Assembly: GCA_023920165.1 (NCBI GenBank)
Contig: CP089278.1
Location: 3,224,001 to 3,288,000 of the forward strand
Reading direction: 5' to 3'
DNA: 64,000 bases
Source: Curvularia clavata
Taxonomy: Eukaryota
Shown: one piece after another, positions 11,752-24,540 of the stretch
Layout of the letters: every line of letters starts with the position of its first letter
Position numbering within the stretch: position 1 is the stretch's first letter
The notes under the pieces: generated by a model
Database searches by the model: none
The model's input: the letters and a program-made list of their open reading frames with translations, nothing else
Told to the model about the DNA's origin: nothing
Program-made: the position numbers and the translations under genes

Positions 11752-13985
11752 ATGGCTTTGGATCGTCTGAAGCAGGCGGCGAGCCATGTGACCGGCATTG
11801 GCCGCGCCCCGCATCCGCTGGACCCCTTGATCGAGACGGAGATTGAATATGCCGTTACCATCATCCGAAAGGAGCACCGTAATGTTGCTTTCAATGCAGT
11901 TACCTTGTATGAGCCGCCCAAAGCGGTCATGCTGAAGTGGGTCAAAGACCCGGAGCAGACGCCTCGCCCGAACAGAGTCGCGGATGTTGTATGCGTCGGG
12001 AAGGGTAGCAAGGTCTTTGATGGTCTTGTCGACCTGACAGACGGCAAGATACTCAAGTGGGAAGAGACGTCGGATGTTCAGCCTTTGGTGAGAATCCCCT
12101 AGGGAGATGCGTTTTACGGGCGGCATTGACCACGATCAGATTACTATGGAGGATCTCCAAATTGTTGAGTCAGTTATCCGGAAGGATCCGAAAGTCATTG
12201 AGCAATGCGGAATTGTTGGCATTCCCCCAGAGGATATGGAAAAGGTTTACTGTGACCGTGAGTATTGCACTTCTATCATCAGTTCGGAATTCTAATAACA
12301 CCCAGCCTGGACTATTGGCTATGATGAGCGGTTCGGTTCGAAAATCCGACTTCAGCAGGCTTTGATGTACTACCGTCCGCACCCAGACGACAGCCAATAC
12401 ACCTACCCGCTAGATTTCACACCCATATACAACTCCGACACGCAGGAAATTATCCACATTGATGTTCCCCCTGTTCGTCGGCCAGTCAATAAGGCCCCAC
12501 CAAATAACTACCATACCGCCGCAATTGAGAAAGAAGGTGGCTTCCGTACAGACTTAAAACCTATCAATATCACGCAGCCCGAGGGTGTCTCATTCTCACT
12601 CGATGGCAGAGTTCTTAGCTGGCAGAACTGGAAACTACATGTGGGCTTTAATTACCGCGAGGGCCTAGTCTTGTCCAATATAACGTTCAATGATAAGGGC
12701 ACTGAGCGCGATACTTTCTGGCGGTTATCTCTCGCTGAAATGGTAGTTCCGTATGGAAATCCAGAGCACCCTCATCAGCGGAAACACGCTTTTGATTTAG
12801 GAGAATATGGTGGAGGATATATGACAAATTCGCTCAGCCTTGGCTGTGACTGCAAGGGAGCCATCCATTATATGGATGCAGCTTTTGTTAATAAGGCTGG
12901 TGCTGCTACTACTATCAAGAATGCTGTCTGCATTCACGAAGAAGATGCAGGCATCCTCTTCAAGCACACCGACTTCCGCGACGAATCTGTCATAGTGACG
13001 CGCGCCCGCAAGTTGGTCATCTCTTACATCTTCACAGCCGCAAATTACGAGTACTGCGTTTACTGGTGAGTTATGTAGATCTTGGCCCCAATGCTGGAAA
13101 TGGGATTTTATTGACATTTTTAGGATCCTACATCAAGATGGCACCATCCAGCTGGAGATTAAACTCACTGGCATCTTGAATACATTCCCCTGTAATGAGG
13201 GTGAGGATCACCATGGCTGGGGCACAGAAGTCTACCCAGGTGTTAACGCGCACAACCACCAGCATCTCTTTTGCATGCGCATCGACCCTAATATTGACGG
13301 TCCTAACAACACTGTCTACATGGTTGACGCCGCGCGTGGCTCTGGCGAAGTTGGCTCCCAGGAAAACAGATACGGCAACGCTTTCTATGCGCTTAAGACG
13401 AAGCTCGCAACGCCTGAGCAGGCAGCCACCGACTACAACGGCGCTACAAGCCGCACATGGGAAGTATGCAACGAGAGCAAAATCAATCCCTACTCTAAGA
13501 AGCCTGTCTCATACAAGCTTGTCAGCCGCGAAGTCCCCGAGCTGCTCCCAAAGCCAGGCGGCCTTGTCTGGAAGCGTGCCGGCTTCGCACGGCACGCCGT
13601 GCACGTTACCAAGTATGATGATGGGCAGCTGCACCCAGCAGGACGTCATGTTCCACAGACGTCCGGCGACATCTCTCAGGGAATTCCACAGTGGATTGCG
13701 GCCAATCCTACCGCTGATATCACGAACACTGACGTCGTGCTGTGGCACACCTTTGGTATCACGCATTTTCCATCGCCCGAGGATTTCCCTGTAATGCCTG
13801 CAGAGCCGATGACGTTGTTGTTACGGCCGAGGAACTTTTTCACAAGAAATCCGTGTCTCGATGTGCCGCCGAGTTACTGCAGTGTTCCGAGTGGTGTAAG
13901 GCAGGAGGGTGCGATGGTGGACAAGTTGAGCAGGATGGCGTTTGGCGAAGATCAGAGTGGGGCGAAGGGGTGCTGTCAGAAGTAA
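11752..13985 (+). CDS. Copper-containing amine oxidase (TPQ), peroxisomal type with PTS2-like N-terminus
   Basis: ATG 11752, MALDRLKQAASHVTG...PHPLDPL. TPQ consensus ANYEY, catalytic Asp in HAFDLGEYG, copper ligands HNHQH and GITHFP. Three introns. Confidence 0.95.
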
Positions 13986-13989
13986 TGCC

Positions 13990-14266
13990 ACATTGCATTT
14001 CTCTGGACCATAGAACCATAGATATAAACCCATTCGAATCTGGAATCTGGAAATTGGTAGACACATTTGTCTTTTATGGATGCACAGATCCACGGGATCG
14101 TATTTACGCCCTGTACAGCATGGCAACCGACGTACGACCAACTCAAACATCGTCAAGCGAAAGATTCCCACAAACAGAAGACGATTTCTCGGGTTCCAGC
14201 GGCTCTGCAGGCTTAGCTCAAAATCCACGCACAGGATCAAATATGTTGGAGTATCTGTCTCTATAA
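13990..14266 (+). pseudogene. Fragment of a HET-domain-type protein directly after the CAO stop codon
   Basis: IWKLVDTFVFYGCTDPRDRIYALYSMA matches the C[ST]DPRDRIYAL motif found downstream of fungal HET domains. No start codon or N-terminal HET domain. Confidence 0.55.
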
Positions 14267-14688
14267 AGATACCGGTTATCAAGATATGACGCATGTCAGC
14301 TTGGATACGTCATACATAAAGCTTATCGCGCCCTTTATTGCTAAAAAAAAAATTGCTCTCGATTTTTGGGGCACTATTGATAAGGATAGTGTCAAAGATG
14401 TATGTGAGCTATTTATTGCAGGTTTCAAGAAGATAGTGCCCAAGCATCTACAAAAGAAGATATACCCCAACTCCTAGACGTTTAATAAGCAGATAGAGAC
14501 AGCTTTCTGAGAAGATATTATGCGCGAGTATCTTACGTTCAGGAGCCACTTAGATTGCACTGTATCATCGAATAAGCTCAACATTCTAAACATAGTAAGA
14601 TACGCATCTCTTCTATTCCTAATTGCTGCTAACTGTCTCTCGTATATGCTAGTGTTTTAGCAGATGCGTTGTGCCTAGAACGTTACTG

Positions 14689-16494
14689 CTATAATGCAGT
14701 ACGAAACCGCATGCGTACGTGCAAATCTGACTGCTTAGCAAACCAATATGTTTCGACTTTCCATTCAGGCTTGTTCGATGCCCATTCAATATCAAATAGC
14801 CGAATAATCTGAGGAACTAATTTTCCCATCTCCATGATCGCAATGTTCTTTCCTGTGCAGGTCCGAACGCCAGCACCGAACTGGTGATTTGGACGTCAGA
14901 CTACTGAATGACAACAGAGGTAAACAGTGTGTACTTACGGTCAGTATATTGCGTTCCATCATTTTGACCACCTCTTCATCTGGATTTAGCCAGCGTTCTG
15001 GCCGAAACTGGTCCGAGTCTGGGCCAAAGATGTTTGTGTTGCGGTGAACCACTCCCGGGTTTACGCCGACGATGGTTCCCTCTCGCAGGTAAACATCACA
15101 AAGTGTTGCTCCCCCAGCAGGTACCACTCTTTCAAGAGGAAATTGAACCCCTGGGTGCATTCGCATAGCTTCCTTCAGGCAAGCTTGACTATTTGTTTGT
15201 TAGCGATAGTTGATTCGAAAATGTTGATTGACTTACAGATATTTCAGTTGTAAGCTCTCACTAAACGTGATTATGGGCGAAAGCTTGCCTGCTGTATTGG
15301 CGTCATCAATCTCCTTCTGAAGAGTTCGGTAGGAGTTATTGTTCTTCAGAAGGTAGTAGAATACTGCGCGTAACGAAATGGCTGTAGTGTCACTTCCTGC
15401 AAGACTACGCAATAATGAGTCAGTGTAAAGAACCAAAAAATGACATCTACACCCCTCACTTACAGGTTGGCAGACAAATGACCCAAGCAATCATTGTCGG
15501 TCATGTGCACACTTCCCTTCACTTGCTATCTCCGCAGATATGCCAAAAAATCCTCACGGTCTGGTTTCTCTGACGCTTCCCTATCATAATTCATTAAACG
15601 ATTTCGGATCATCTATTGAAAGACTCAGTAATGTTAATTGAACCGTGAAGAACATTCTTACCTGATCAATAGTTGGCATGGGGTTCCCTGCGCCGCCCGT
15701 GAGTTTTGTCAAAATGTAGTTTACCGTAGCGCTACCTAGTAGATAATCATGAAGTGATGGAATCTGCCCTACGAGACTGGCGTAAACGAGCCCAGTCTCG
15801 ATTCCAGCAATTGTGTTGTTGATGTCTTTGCGCTGTTCCTTGAATCCAAACCGTTGTTTGAACGTTATTTCACCAATCACATCAAATGCATACCATTGCA
15901 CCCAAGCCCCAAGATCTACGATCTCTCCTTGAAGATCCGCCATCGCATCTGTAAATATCTTGCTGCAAGGATCTACCAGATGTTCTAAAGCTAAAATCGA
16001 CGTCATCGAAAATTTTGCTGCAACTGGTCGCTTCAGAGCTTTGTGTTGCTCCGTATCCCTTGCGGCAAACATATTCGGTAGAAGCTCGCCTTTATGCAAA
16101 GGGACGAAGACTTTGTAAAAGTCACTCTATCAATCCATTATTAGCCTTTTTGATCCTATTTTCTAGGTGAAAAGGTTTACTGAGAGCGAGCTACCTTGAG
16201 AAACTTGCTATTGATGCTATAGATGATTGGAATAACGGAAGGATCCGATATATCAACAACATTTGGCGCTGTTCGCACGATAGGCCCATATTTTTGGTGG
16301 AGTTTTCGATACCCTTCATGACCCGTGCCATCGTAAGTAAACCAGATGCGCCACAACGAACTGAGCTTTGCTGGCCATGGACCGGGTACCTGGCGTACAC
16401 CTGACCGATATAGGGTATACAAAGTGCTGAGAAGCCAGTATGAAACAAAGATCAGCCCAACTCCTACTAAAGAAGAGGTACTGAAAGCAATCAT
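14689..16494 (-). CDS. Cytochrome P450 (pisatin-demethylase-like group), multi-exon
   Basis: N-terminal TM anchor then VPGPWPAK; QWYAFDVIGEITF; I-helix AGSDTTAISL; KEAMRMHP; FRPERW; heme motif FGAGVRTCTG. Stop at 14689. Confidence 0.9.
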
Positions 16495-17703
16495 GATGAG
16501 ATAGTGTAGTATGAGAAGTAGGAGAGAAGTTGTTGGAAAGAGTGAAGGGGAGCAGTGAGTGATATACACAGGGTAAAGGACGTTTTCGGCGTATTTCATG
16601 TGGTTATCTGAGTACTGAGGTGTATCTTTGTAATGTGACGGACGAAATGTATTACCGACAGGGTTTCAAATGCTACGTTTTCGACCGCCGAAAATGCGGG
16701 GTTCCCCTCTCTAATCCAATCAACACGTCGCGTGTACATTAAGGTGGATCTTGATCGATGTTTGTTGCCCGAGATATGCCGCACACGTCAGCTTGGGAAG
16801 ATTCCTAGTTCCTGCCAACCTGGTATTAGCCTCTGCCAAACAATTGCTGCACTCATATAACTAAGGGATCCACCGCGCAGGCAAAACACAGATATATTCG
16901 GCAAGTATTGCGACCTCGGCCAAATCAGCCAGGACATCACTCAAATGACAGTACCTCGTAAGACCGAGCACAAGACGGTCTGATCTTGGCCAAACAAGCA
17001 CAAGTTACCCATTGCTGTCTGATTGCGCCCTACAAAGATTAGCAAGTCTTCTTCTTCGCAATAACTATAGACTATAAAATCTCTACGATTGACTTACTTC
17101 TTTCTATAATCTAGATCTATTACGAGAGACGTAGTAATATATTAACATTCTCTCCGTAACCCCTTCGTCTACTCGTCTAAAGCTTGATTCGAGAGCGTTA
17201 TAAGTAATAGGGAGCTTGTAATTAGCGTTACTAACTATCAGTATAGTTATGTCTTAAATCTCTTTGATTATAATTATACATCGAGGCGATCGATTTCCTT
17301 GTGTCTAATCACCCAACGACTTCCTTTAACAAAGATTCATAATCAAACCCAAAGTTGTAAGGCTATACAAGCCTGTTGTATTAGCTAACTTGCTAGAATG
17401 TGCGAATTCTGGGAGACGTTGCATCAGTAGATTAATAAAGATTTGAACTAGTTGCTGTTGCTAGGCAAGCCCTCTTTCCGAAAAATACCGATAGCGTAGC
17501 TCGGTATCAGTTACGAGAGTACACTATACGTTAGCATAGTAAGAGAGCACAAGAGAGCGTATGAGAGACAAGAATAGAAGTAGATAGCCGAAATAATAAA
17601 GAAGAAGAGTAGACCTCGCGCTAATCTAATGTCTAGTAGACCTCCAAGTATCCACTCAGAGATAGGCTTACGAGAAGCTTTCTACAAATACCAGCTCTCT
17701 CAT

Positions 17704-19232
17704 CTAGGACCAATTACCTTCGAGTTCGATCTTTTCGCCTCTTTCTGATGCAGAAATAAGCTCTTGAATCGTCCAAGGCTTGTAGATGTACCCAGGAAAG
17801 TAATTGGTGTCGGCAAAAGGCGTTTTGTCGATAAGGTGGTTAGCTGCAGCCTCGTACATATCATATGCATACTGTTCGGGGTCGTGATTTCCCATCCATC
17901 TCTTCATTTCCACAGGAAGCTTGCTAGAGTCCTTTTTCAAGGCTGCGAAATCAGCCTTATGTAGAAGCTCTCGATTCGCAAATCCCTGGAGCTGAGCACA
18001 GGCGACACGTTCGAAGCGAAGAAGGTTGTAAACACGGCAGGCAAGCGGTATGTCTCCTTTGTGTCGACCTCTCTGGGAAGCGATGTGCAGGCAGGCGGCC
18101 AGCGTGAATCCATCTTCCATTGCCATGGCGGCTCCACTTCCAGAAGTAGGGAGGAAAGCATGTGCGGCATCGCCCATTTGGGCAACACGGCCCTGTGGCG
18201 AGACCATCTTCGGCTGCGGATTGCGCCACATTAACTTCCAGTCGATAGCTTTGCCTCCAGGAGTAGCTTTTATCAGCTCCGAATAGAAAGGTGCCCAGTC
18301 TCTCACATATGGCAGGGCATTTTCAACCGGTGCATTCTGTGCCCAATTCTCCTCTGCATTCCCACTGTCCTATTCGTAGTAAGCCTCACATCATTTCTAC
18401 TCAGAGAGGAAATAGAATAGATTACCTTGTGGGTCATCGTCCACCAGATAGTACTCTCGTTCTTCCCAAACACGCCATGTACATCGGGCCCAAAATGAAT
18501 CCCCATGTAGGTTTTACATCCATTGAACTCTTTCGCAATGATTGGATTTTTTAGTGCGGGTTCGGCTGGGAAGCTGACTCTATAGACCGCAAAGCCAGTG
18601 CTGATAGCTTCCTCTTTGCGTCCCGTGATGAGCTTCCACGATGTTGAACCCACCCCATCAGCCGCAACGACGAGATCGGCCTCCAGCATTCTACCATCGG
18701 TAAGTTTTACCTTGCCGGCTATACCACTTTCCTGGTATTCCTGTACAGCAGTGTTGAATTCAACCAAGATGCCAATGTCGATCGCGTAGTTAAAGAGGGC
18801 TGCATGGAAATCGTTACGGTTTATAGGGAGAGCTTTGTCGCCCTCTGGACCCAACTGCACCTTCCCGAGAAGAGTACCGTCGTATACTTTCCAAACAAGG
18901 ACGGGCTCGTAGGCGAACACGGCCAGACGCTCCATGAAACCAGGCCATCTTTTGGGTGAACGCAAGGACGCAGGCTGAAGCACAATAATATCTCCTAACT
19001 CCCTGTTAGCACGACATATATTACAGCGACGAAAATAAAGAATGTCAGGGATAAACACGATCGGATACAACTGACCAAGATCGTCAAGCCCAGGACGGCG
19101 CTCAATCACTCGAACATTGTGGCCTTTTCGGTACGCCTCGATTGCAAAACAGAGGCCGCCTATTCCTCCTCCAACTACAAGGATTGAAATATTGGTCGCT
19201 GGTGAGCGCTCAAAATTGATCTTGCTGTCCAT
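17704..19232 (-). CDS. FAD-dependent monooxygenase (FAD_binding_3; MAK1/OpS4-like group)
   Basis: ILVVGGGIGGL; DLVVAADGVGS; MGDAAHAFLPTSGSGAAMAMEDG; HDPEQYAYDMY tail. Two introns. Confidence 0.9.
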
Positions 19233-20110
19233 GTTTGAAAATGTGTGCTTCTATTCGGTCGCTTCTTGTTCGTTGGTACTGGTATTTCGGGAAGTTGAGT
19301 TTGTGAATTATGCTTGAATCATTTCACTCTAGTTGCAGATTTATAGACCGTCTTAGACGGTCTCAGTACTGTGGGTCTCTTTCTCGGACGAAGGATATTG
19401 CCCATTTCCGAAGTTCGAGCGCGCATATAAACTATGGATAACGATCATCGTCTGGGCATATACAGAGGGTCATGGGTAAACAACGTTAGTAGGTTTTCTT
19501 AACGCATAGACAAGGCTTTCAGCTGATCAAAGCGTAACATAAAGTGAATTAGGAAGGATAAAAAGCACCACAATGATAGCATGCTAGGGAGAAACTGCGG
19601 CTTACTAGGGGTGTAATGATTGCCCTCAAGGGATGAAACGAAATTTGCTATCCTCGCCACCAATCACAAGAGTAAAAACAGGCCTTTAGAGAGCACTATA
19701 CCTATCTAGATAAGAAAACACGTACTAACGTTACTTACCCATCACCCTCTGTAGCTGCGCGATGATCTTAGGTTTTTATTCTATAACTTATGGGTCTTGT
19801 CAAGTATCAGATGGTGTCTATTAGCGCTTTAGATTGCTAGATAGAACACTATTGTAAAGCCCACATTGTGACCTACCCCTCAATAGGCTATAGAACCTTT
19901 CACTCTAGACTAGCCGCTGGATAAGACCTATGCATAGATAGCAGTCATGACATTTATAGTTACATAGCTTAATTCAAAGAGCATTAGTTTGTAGTCAGCA
20001 TAGCACATCCGAGGGATTTCTTTGTTGCTTGAGGACTTGGACCCTTACTTGCCACGTCACGGTACAGACGATCAATTGTGCCCACTTTATCGTACCGGAA
20101 CATCAATCGT

Positions 20111-20218
20111 GTCCGCGTTCTTGCGCTAGACGGTTAGTGCCGTCCGCCCGCTTTAGTTACCGTATCGGGCGGTTGATTGCGTCCGTGTTCTTGCGCTAGA
20201 CGGTTGGTTCCGTCCGCC
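20111..20218. repeat. 38-bp imperfect direct repeat, 70-bp period
   Basis: GTCCGCGTTCTTGCGCTAGACGGTTAGTGCCGTCCGCC (20111-20148) vs GTCCGTGTTCTTGCGCTAGACGGTTGGTTCCGTCCGCC (20181-20218). Confidence 0.8.
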
Positions 20219-20463
20219 TTGCTGATCATGTTAGTGGGGGTGGCTCACTCGCTTGCCCCCTAATACATAATAAAACCACTCGTGACAGCCTTTCCCTCGC
20301 GCTGAGTCTACCTTACAAACGCAGAGCGGTCAAACCATTCTACTACTACTGTACACTTGCTTGGAAGACTAGGTACTGGCTTCCTTTTTAAGCGCATGCC
20401 CGACTATGTGGATATCGTGGTATGGCATTTCGATGACACTGATACGCCCAGGAAGAGACCAGT

Positions 20464-22305
20464 ATGGACACGTATTATCAGTACAACCCCCTGAACGAGG
20501 CCGCTCTTGAGATTCATCTTGTGAAGTTGCTACCTGGCGATGGAAGCGTTCGCATCGCAGTACAGACCTTCCCTTTAGTGAAAGCCCCACCATTTGACGC
20601 TCTCTCGTACCACTGGGGATCTAATGATATGGTATCATTCAGTGTGAAGGCGCTATTATGAGCGTAGCACCCAGCCTGGGCGCTTTTCTCGAGGTACTCA
20701 AACGCAGTTCTAACACTAACTATCTTTGGGTTGATGTCATATCCGTTAGTCAAGAGAATATGGTGGAAAAAGCACAAACCATTGCCCTGATCCCCCGGAT
20801 CTATCGCGCGGCTGCATGCACTTTAATATGGACTGGATCTGAGGATCATGGACTACTGAACCGTTTTATCAATTCGACTTCCTTGATCGGCGACTTCAGC
20901 AGAGTAGCTGCGGATATGCTTACGGCGACAGACGTTTTTCGTTCCAATCGAAAAATTACACACCAGGATTTGCGAAATTTTCATGGGTTGACGGGTGGCA
21001 CTCATTGGGTTACATGTGATAGGCAGTGGGGCGTGAGCACGTTTCTGAAGCGAACATATTCCATGAGGCACGTCCAATTCTAGTGCGATATTGGTTTGAC
21101 CAGCCTGACCAGATATCAGACTCTGGATACTACCAGATATTATTTGTTCCCAAAACCCCATCATCTTATTCGACGAGAAAGAGAGCATGCCATGGGGACG
21201 ACTTGCGAGTGCTCTGCTCATCTGGCTATTCTTCAACCCCACTTCAAGCAGCTGCCCCTTAGTCCTATTTGTCATCTGTAGTGAAGCCATGCGGCGATCC
21301 TTTCATGGTTTGAGTGACACACAACTGAGTGTGGCCGACGTGCTGCTAAGTTTGCACAGCTTCCCAAGGGAGGCGATCGATCAACGAGACCATGTCTACA
21401 TGTCGTACTCAGTTGCCAGGGCCATCGACTGGATCAGCAATCACTTCAAGGTTGATTATACAATGTCTGCGGACGATGTATTTCGCCACGCTGCCTTTGA
21501 GCTCAATGGTGTATCGGGCCAACCTCTGAGTCTCTCGTTGACCGATAGTGCCCGTTCAGAACTACCATCGTGGACGCCCGATTGGACACCTCAGAGCATG
21601 AGGTTCTTGCTCAACCATGCTACGAGCAAATTCCCGGCATCTCCATATGCTGTGTGCCAGGTGGACTATCGGCACCAGACCGATCATCACAGACAAACTC
21701 AACCTCCAGACGCAAATATTACCTTCTCTGGTCTTTTAGTAGATGTGGTCAAGCACCTAAGCAGTTTTTTACCGCCACGGCGTCATTGCGACCACTACGT
21801 AGTGAATGGTGCTAACTCTTATTTCCTAAGCGAGTGGCATGAGTTCGCGAGAGAACACTCTTTTGCCAAGCGATCAGATTATCTTGTGTCGCTGGCATTC
21901 GCAGACACTATCCAGGCCAGAGGCTGTGGTCACGTATTGGAGGATGCGGGGAAGGCTCCCCAAAACCGCGTACAAGAAGTTACCGAATTCTTGGATTTCC
22001 TTGAAGATGGGGACTCGGCCGCGCATGAGACGGATCTCATTCGAGTCGTTTATGCAGCATGCTTCCCTTCTCATGACAGGAGGTTCGCAGTCACCAAAAA
22101 TGGTCGCTTTGGTCTGGTGCCTGAAGCAGCCAAACGAGGCGATTTGGTCTGCATTCCTCATGGGAGTCGAGTACCCTACATTCTTCGCCCATACAAAGAA
22201 AAGGACTTGTATCAGAATATTGGAGAAGCATTTGTACATGGATTAATGCACGGAGAAGCTGGTGAGATAGAGGTACAGGACATAAGAACTTTCTCTTTGC
22301 ATTGA
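20464..22305 (+). pseudogene. HET-domain (HET-6-like) gene with a frameshift
   Basis: YQYNPL..EIHLVKLLPG...FDALSYHWG shifts frame near 20633 into IIQCEGAIMSVAPSL...LWVDVISVSQ. The RLWIIQE motif has degenerated to RLWILPD. C-terminal LPSWTPDW and GDLVCIPHGSRVPYILRP...IGEAFVHGLMHGE are present. Confidence 0.75.
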
Positions 22306-22349
22306 CATTGAGGATCATTCATTTTCTCTTGTGCGGCGAGAGCACGCGA

Positions 22350-24540
22350 TCATTGCTGCGAAGTCGTTTTAGGTTTACCACCAACTACCTTCCACAGCAA
22401 ACTCTTCACTTTTTGTTTTTTCTTCCGAGGTGAACGTTGATCAGGTTTGAGGTCCCCAGCCAGCATACTCCTTTCCTCAAGCGAACGCTTGTTGGAATCA
22501 TCGGCTTTTGCCTTGACGGCTGGGGCCTCTTCGTGCACGCTCTCACTACTAGCTGGAGCTGCGGTAGACACATAATAGTTGATCATCATCTCCGAAAGTT
22601 CTCTCTCAAGCTCACGTGTTTTTGACGAATCCGAAACAACGCCGATGTGATAGTTGAAGATCTCGTAGAGCCCTGCGACATGAGGGCCATACTGAGGGTC
22701 TTGAGGAGATGTCTTTATCTGCGAGAATACAGCTTTGCAGATCGCCTCGTTTGGTTCGAATCCTGGGTGTGCCCAGCTCCGGATGTCCGTCGCCGATAGT
22801 TCCAGATAATCCCGCACGGTCCGGTGCAGAAAGTCGACCCTATACTCGAAGAGCATTGAAGAGGGAAGCTGCTGCGAATTCTTTTCTTGCAGAAAGTGAG
22901 GCTCGAGAAGACCTTTGCAGCCTGCGATCAGACGTTTCTTAGCATCTCTATGCCTCCTGACGGTTTGCTGCACAGTCAGAGGTCGATGTTCAGTAGGGCA
23001 ATCGTCCTCATCCAGAAACCAGTAAGCCATGAGGGGAAAATTCTCTTTGGCCACTAAAGTCACCAGAAACATTACAGAAGCCTGGTCACGACAGGTCTCT
23101 TTCACGTCATGGAACAGGATGCGCTCAAAGTATTCTTCCAGATTTTTGGGAAGATGACGCAGTCTGTCTTGTAGACGCTTGATACTATCCCCTTCACGCA
23201 GGCCTTCTTGGAATGACCGGACTACCAAGACAACCCATAGAAACACACCGTTTGCAGCGGCAACGATCTCGTTCACAAGAGCTTTACCTCTAGTCTCTTT
23301 ATCCTCCAAATCTTGGAAGTTTTCGTCGTGTGCGAACACGTCGTCAATGTAGGCATTGATATCTCGATGATTGAAGTGTTCCATGAGGAGTTTGGTTGTA
23401 TGAACCTTGCCGTAGGCTTCTTCGAACTCATTCCACTGGCGACTTGAGACACAGATCTTGACATGCTCAAGTTTTCTGAGTACATCCACGAGCTGAATGG
23501 TGTCATTTGTATCGCCGTGGTATTCATCGAGGCCATCAATGAAGAAGCAGAAACGCTTACAACACTTGATGAATCCTTTACAAGTTTGATCAAGAGCGTC
23601 TATCAGGCCCGAAATGGTCGAAGGAATGTCAAACTCGAGCGGAAAGTCGACAACATTTCTGTGAGAAGAATGGTTACCATCGTATAACTTCCAAGCACCA
23701 GGGAACACCAAGCGAATCTGGTCTGGGCACTGCCTTAGGATCTGATAGAGCAGCGACCGAAGTAGACCTTCCTGAGATTTCTGAAGCCCATTCTTGCCAG
23801 CGTCCCAGAAGAAATATTCTGCGATAACCACATCATCCTCTTTTGCCCAGACCTTGAGCTGCTCCTTAGTCGATTGGTGGCTGCCAAGCAACTTCATGAG
23901 CGTTGATTTCCCTGATCCTGGTCAACCTGACACCCAATAGAGAGTGTCGTCTGAATGGAGCCACTCAACAAAGGTCGTCGTCGAGGAGCTCGCATGCTCT
24001 ACTCGATCGCTGTGAGATCCAAAAAGCCAGGTCAAAGTCTTTTTGTGAGCTGATGAGATTTGTGAATATCGATCCTCAAGGCAAACGAAACGCAGTCTAG
24101 ACAAGATTGCCTATTCCGCAGAATAGTGAATACCTTCGGAAGCGACTTGACTGACTTGGTCGGCCCAGAGATCTTCATTTTTTTCCTTTTCTCTATCTTG
24201 GTGGTCCTTGAGAGCTTGATTGAAGTATTCTTTCACATCCACAATATCCTGTGTCCGTGAAATCTCCAGTCTCTCATTGTTCTCCAGTAGCCTATTCAAC
24301 TGAGCTTGAAGGCCTGAAGTGCGGTTGTCTGTGAAGCTTGCATCTACCGCTTGCCCTATGACCGTCAGCCTGTCGCGCAGTGCTTCGATTTCCGAGTCGT
24401 GCCACTGGGTGCGGAGCGCCTGAAGGAAGCTTGTCCATCTAGTCTTCTCCTCACTCAATCTCAGCATTGCGAGGATTGCCAAAAGCTCATCGGCAGTGTG
24501 CTTGCACTGGAGCGCCAACGCTTCCAAAGAGGTTTTGTGC
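22350..24540 (-). pseudogene. NACHT-type P-loop NTPase (NLR-like, SesA-type N-terminal remnant), 5'-truncated with two in-frame stops
   Basis: Walker A reads YWVSG*PGSGKSTLMK (TGA at 23922-24). A TAG at 24111-13 replaces a probable CAG. Walker B FFIDGLDEY, CVSSR, ANGVFLWVVLVV and DFLHRTVRDYL are present. Confidence 0.85.

Noticed and set aside
17040..17700. TpA-rich decayed sequence between the P450 and FMO as a transcription-factor relic
   Set aside because: Translation gave no recognisable motif. Left as an unidentified RIP-like relic.
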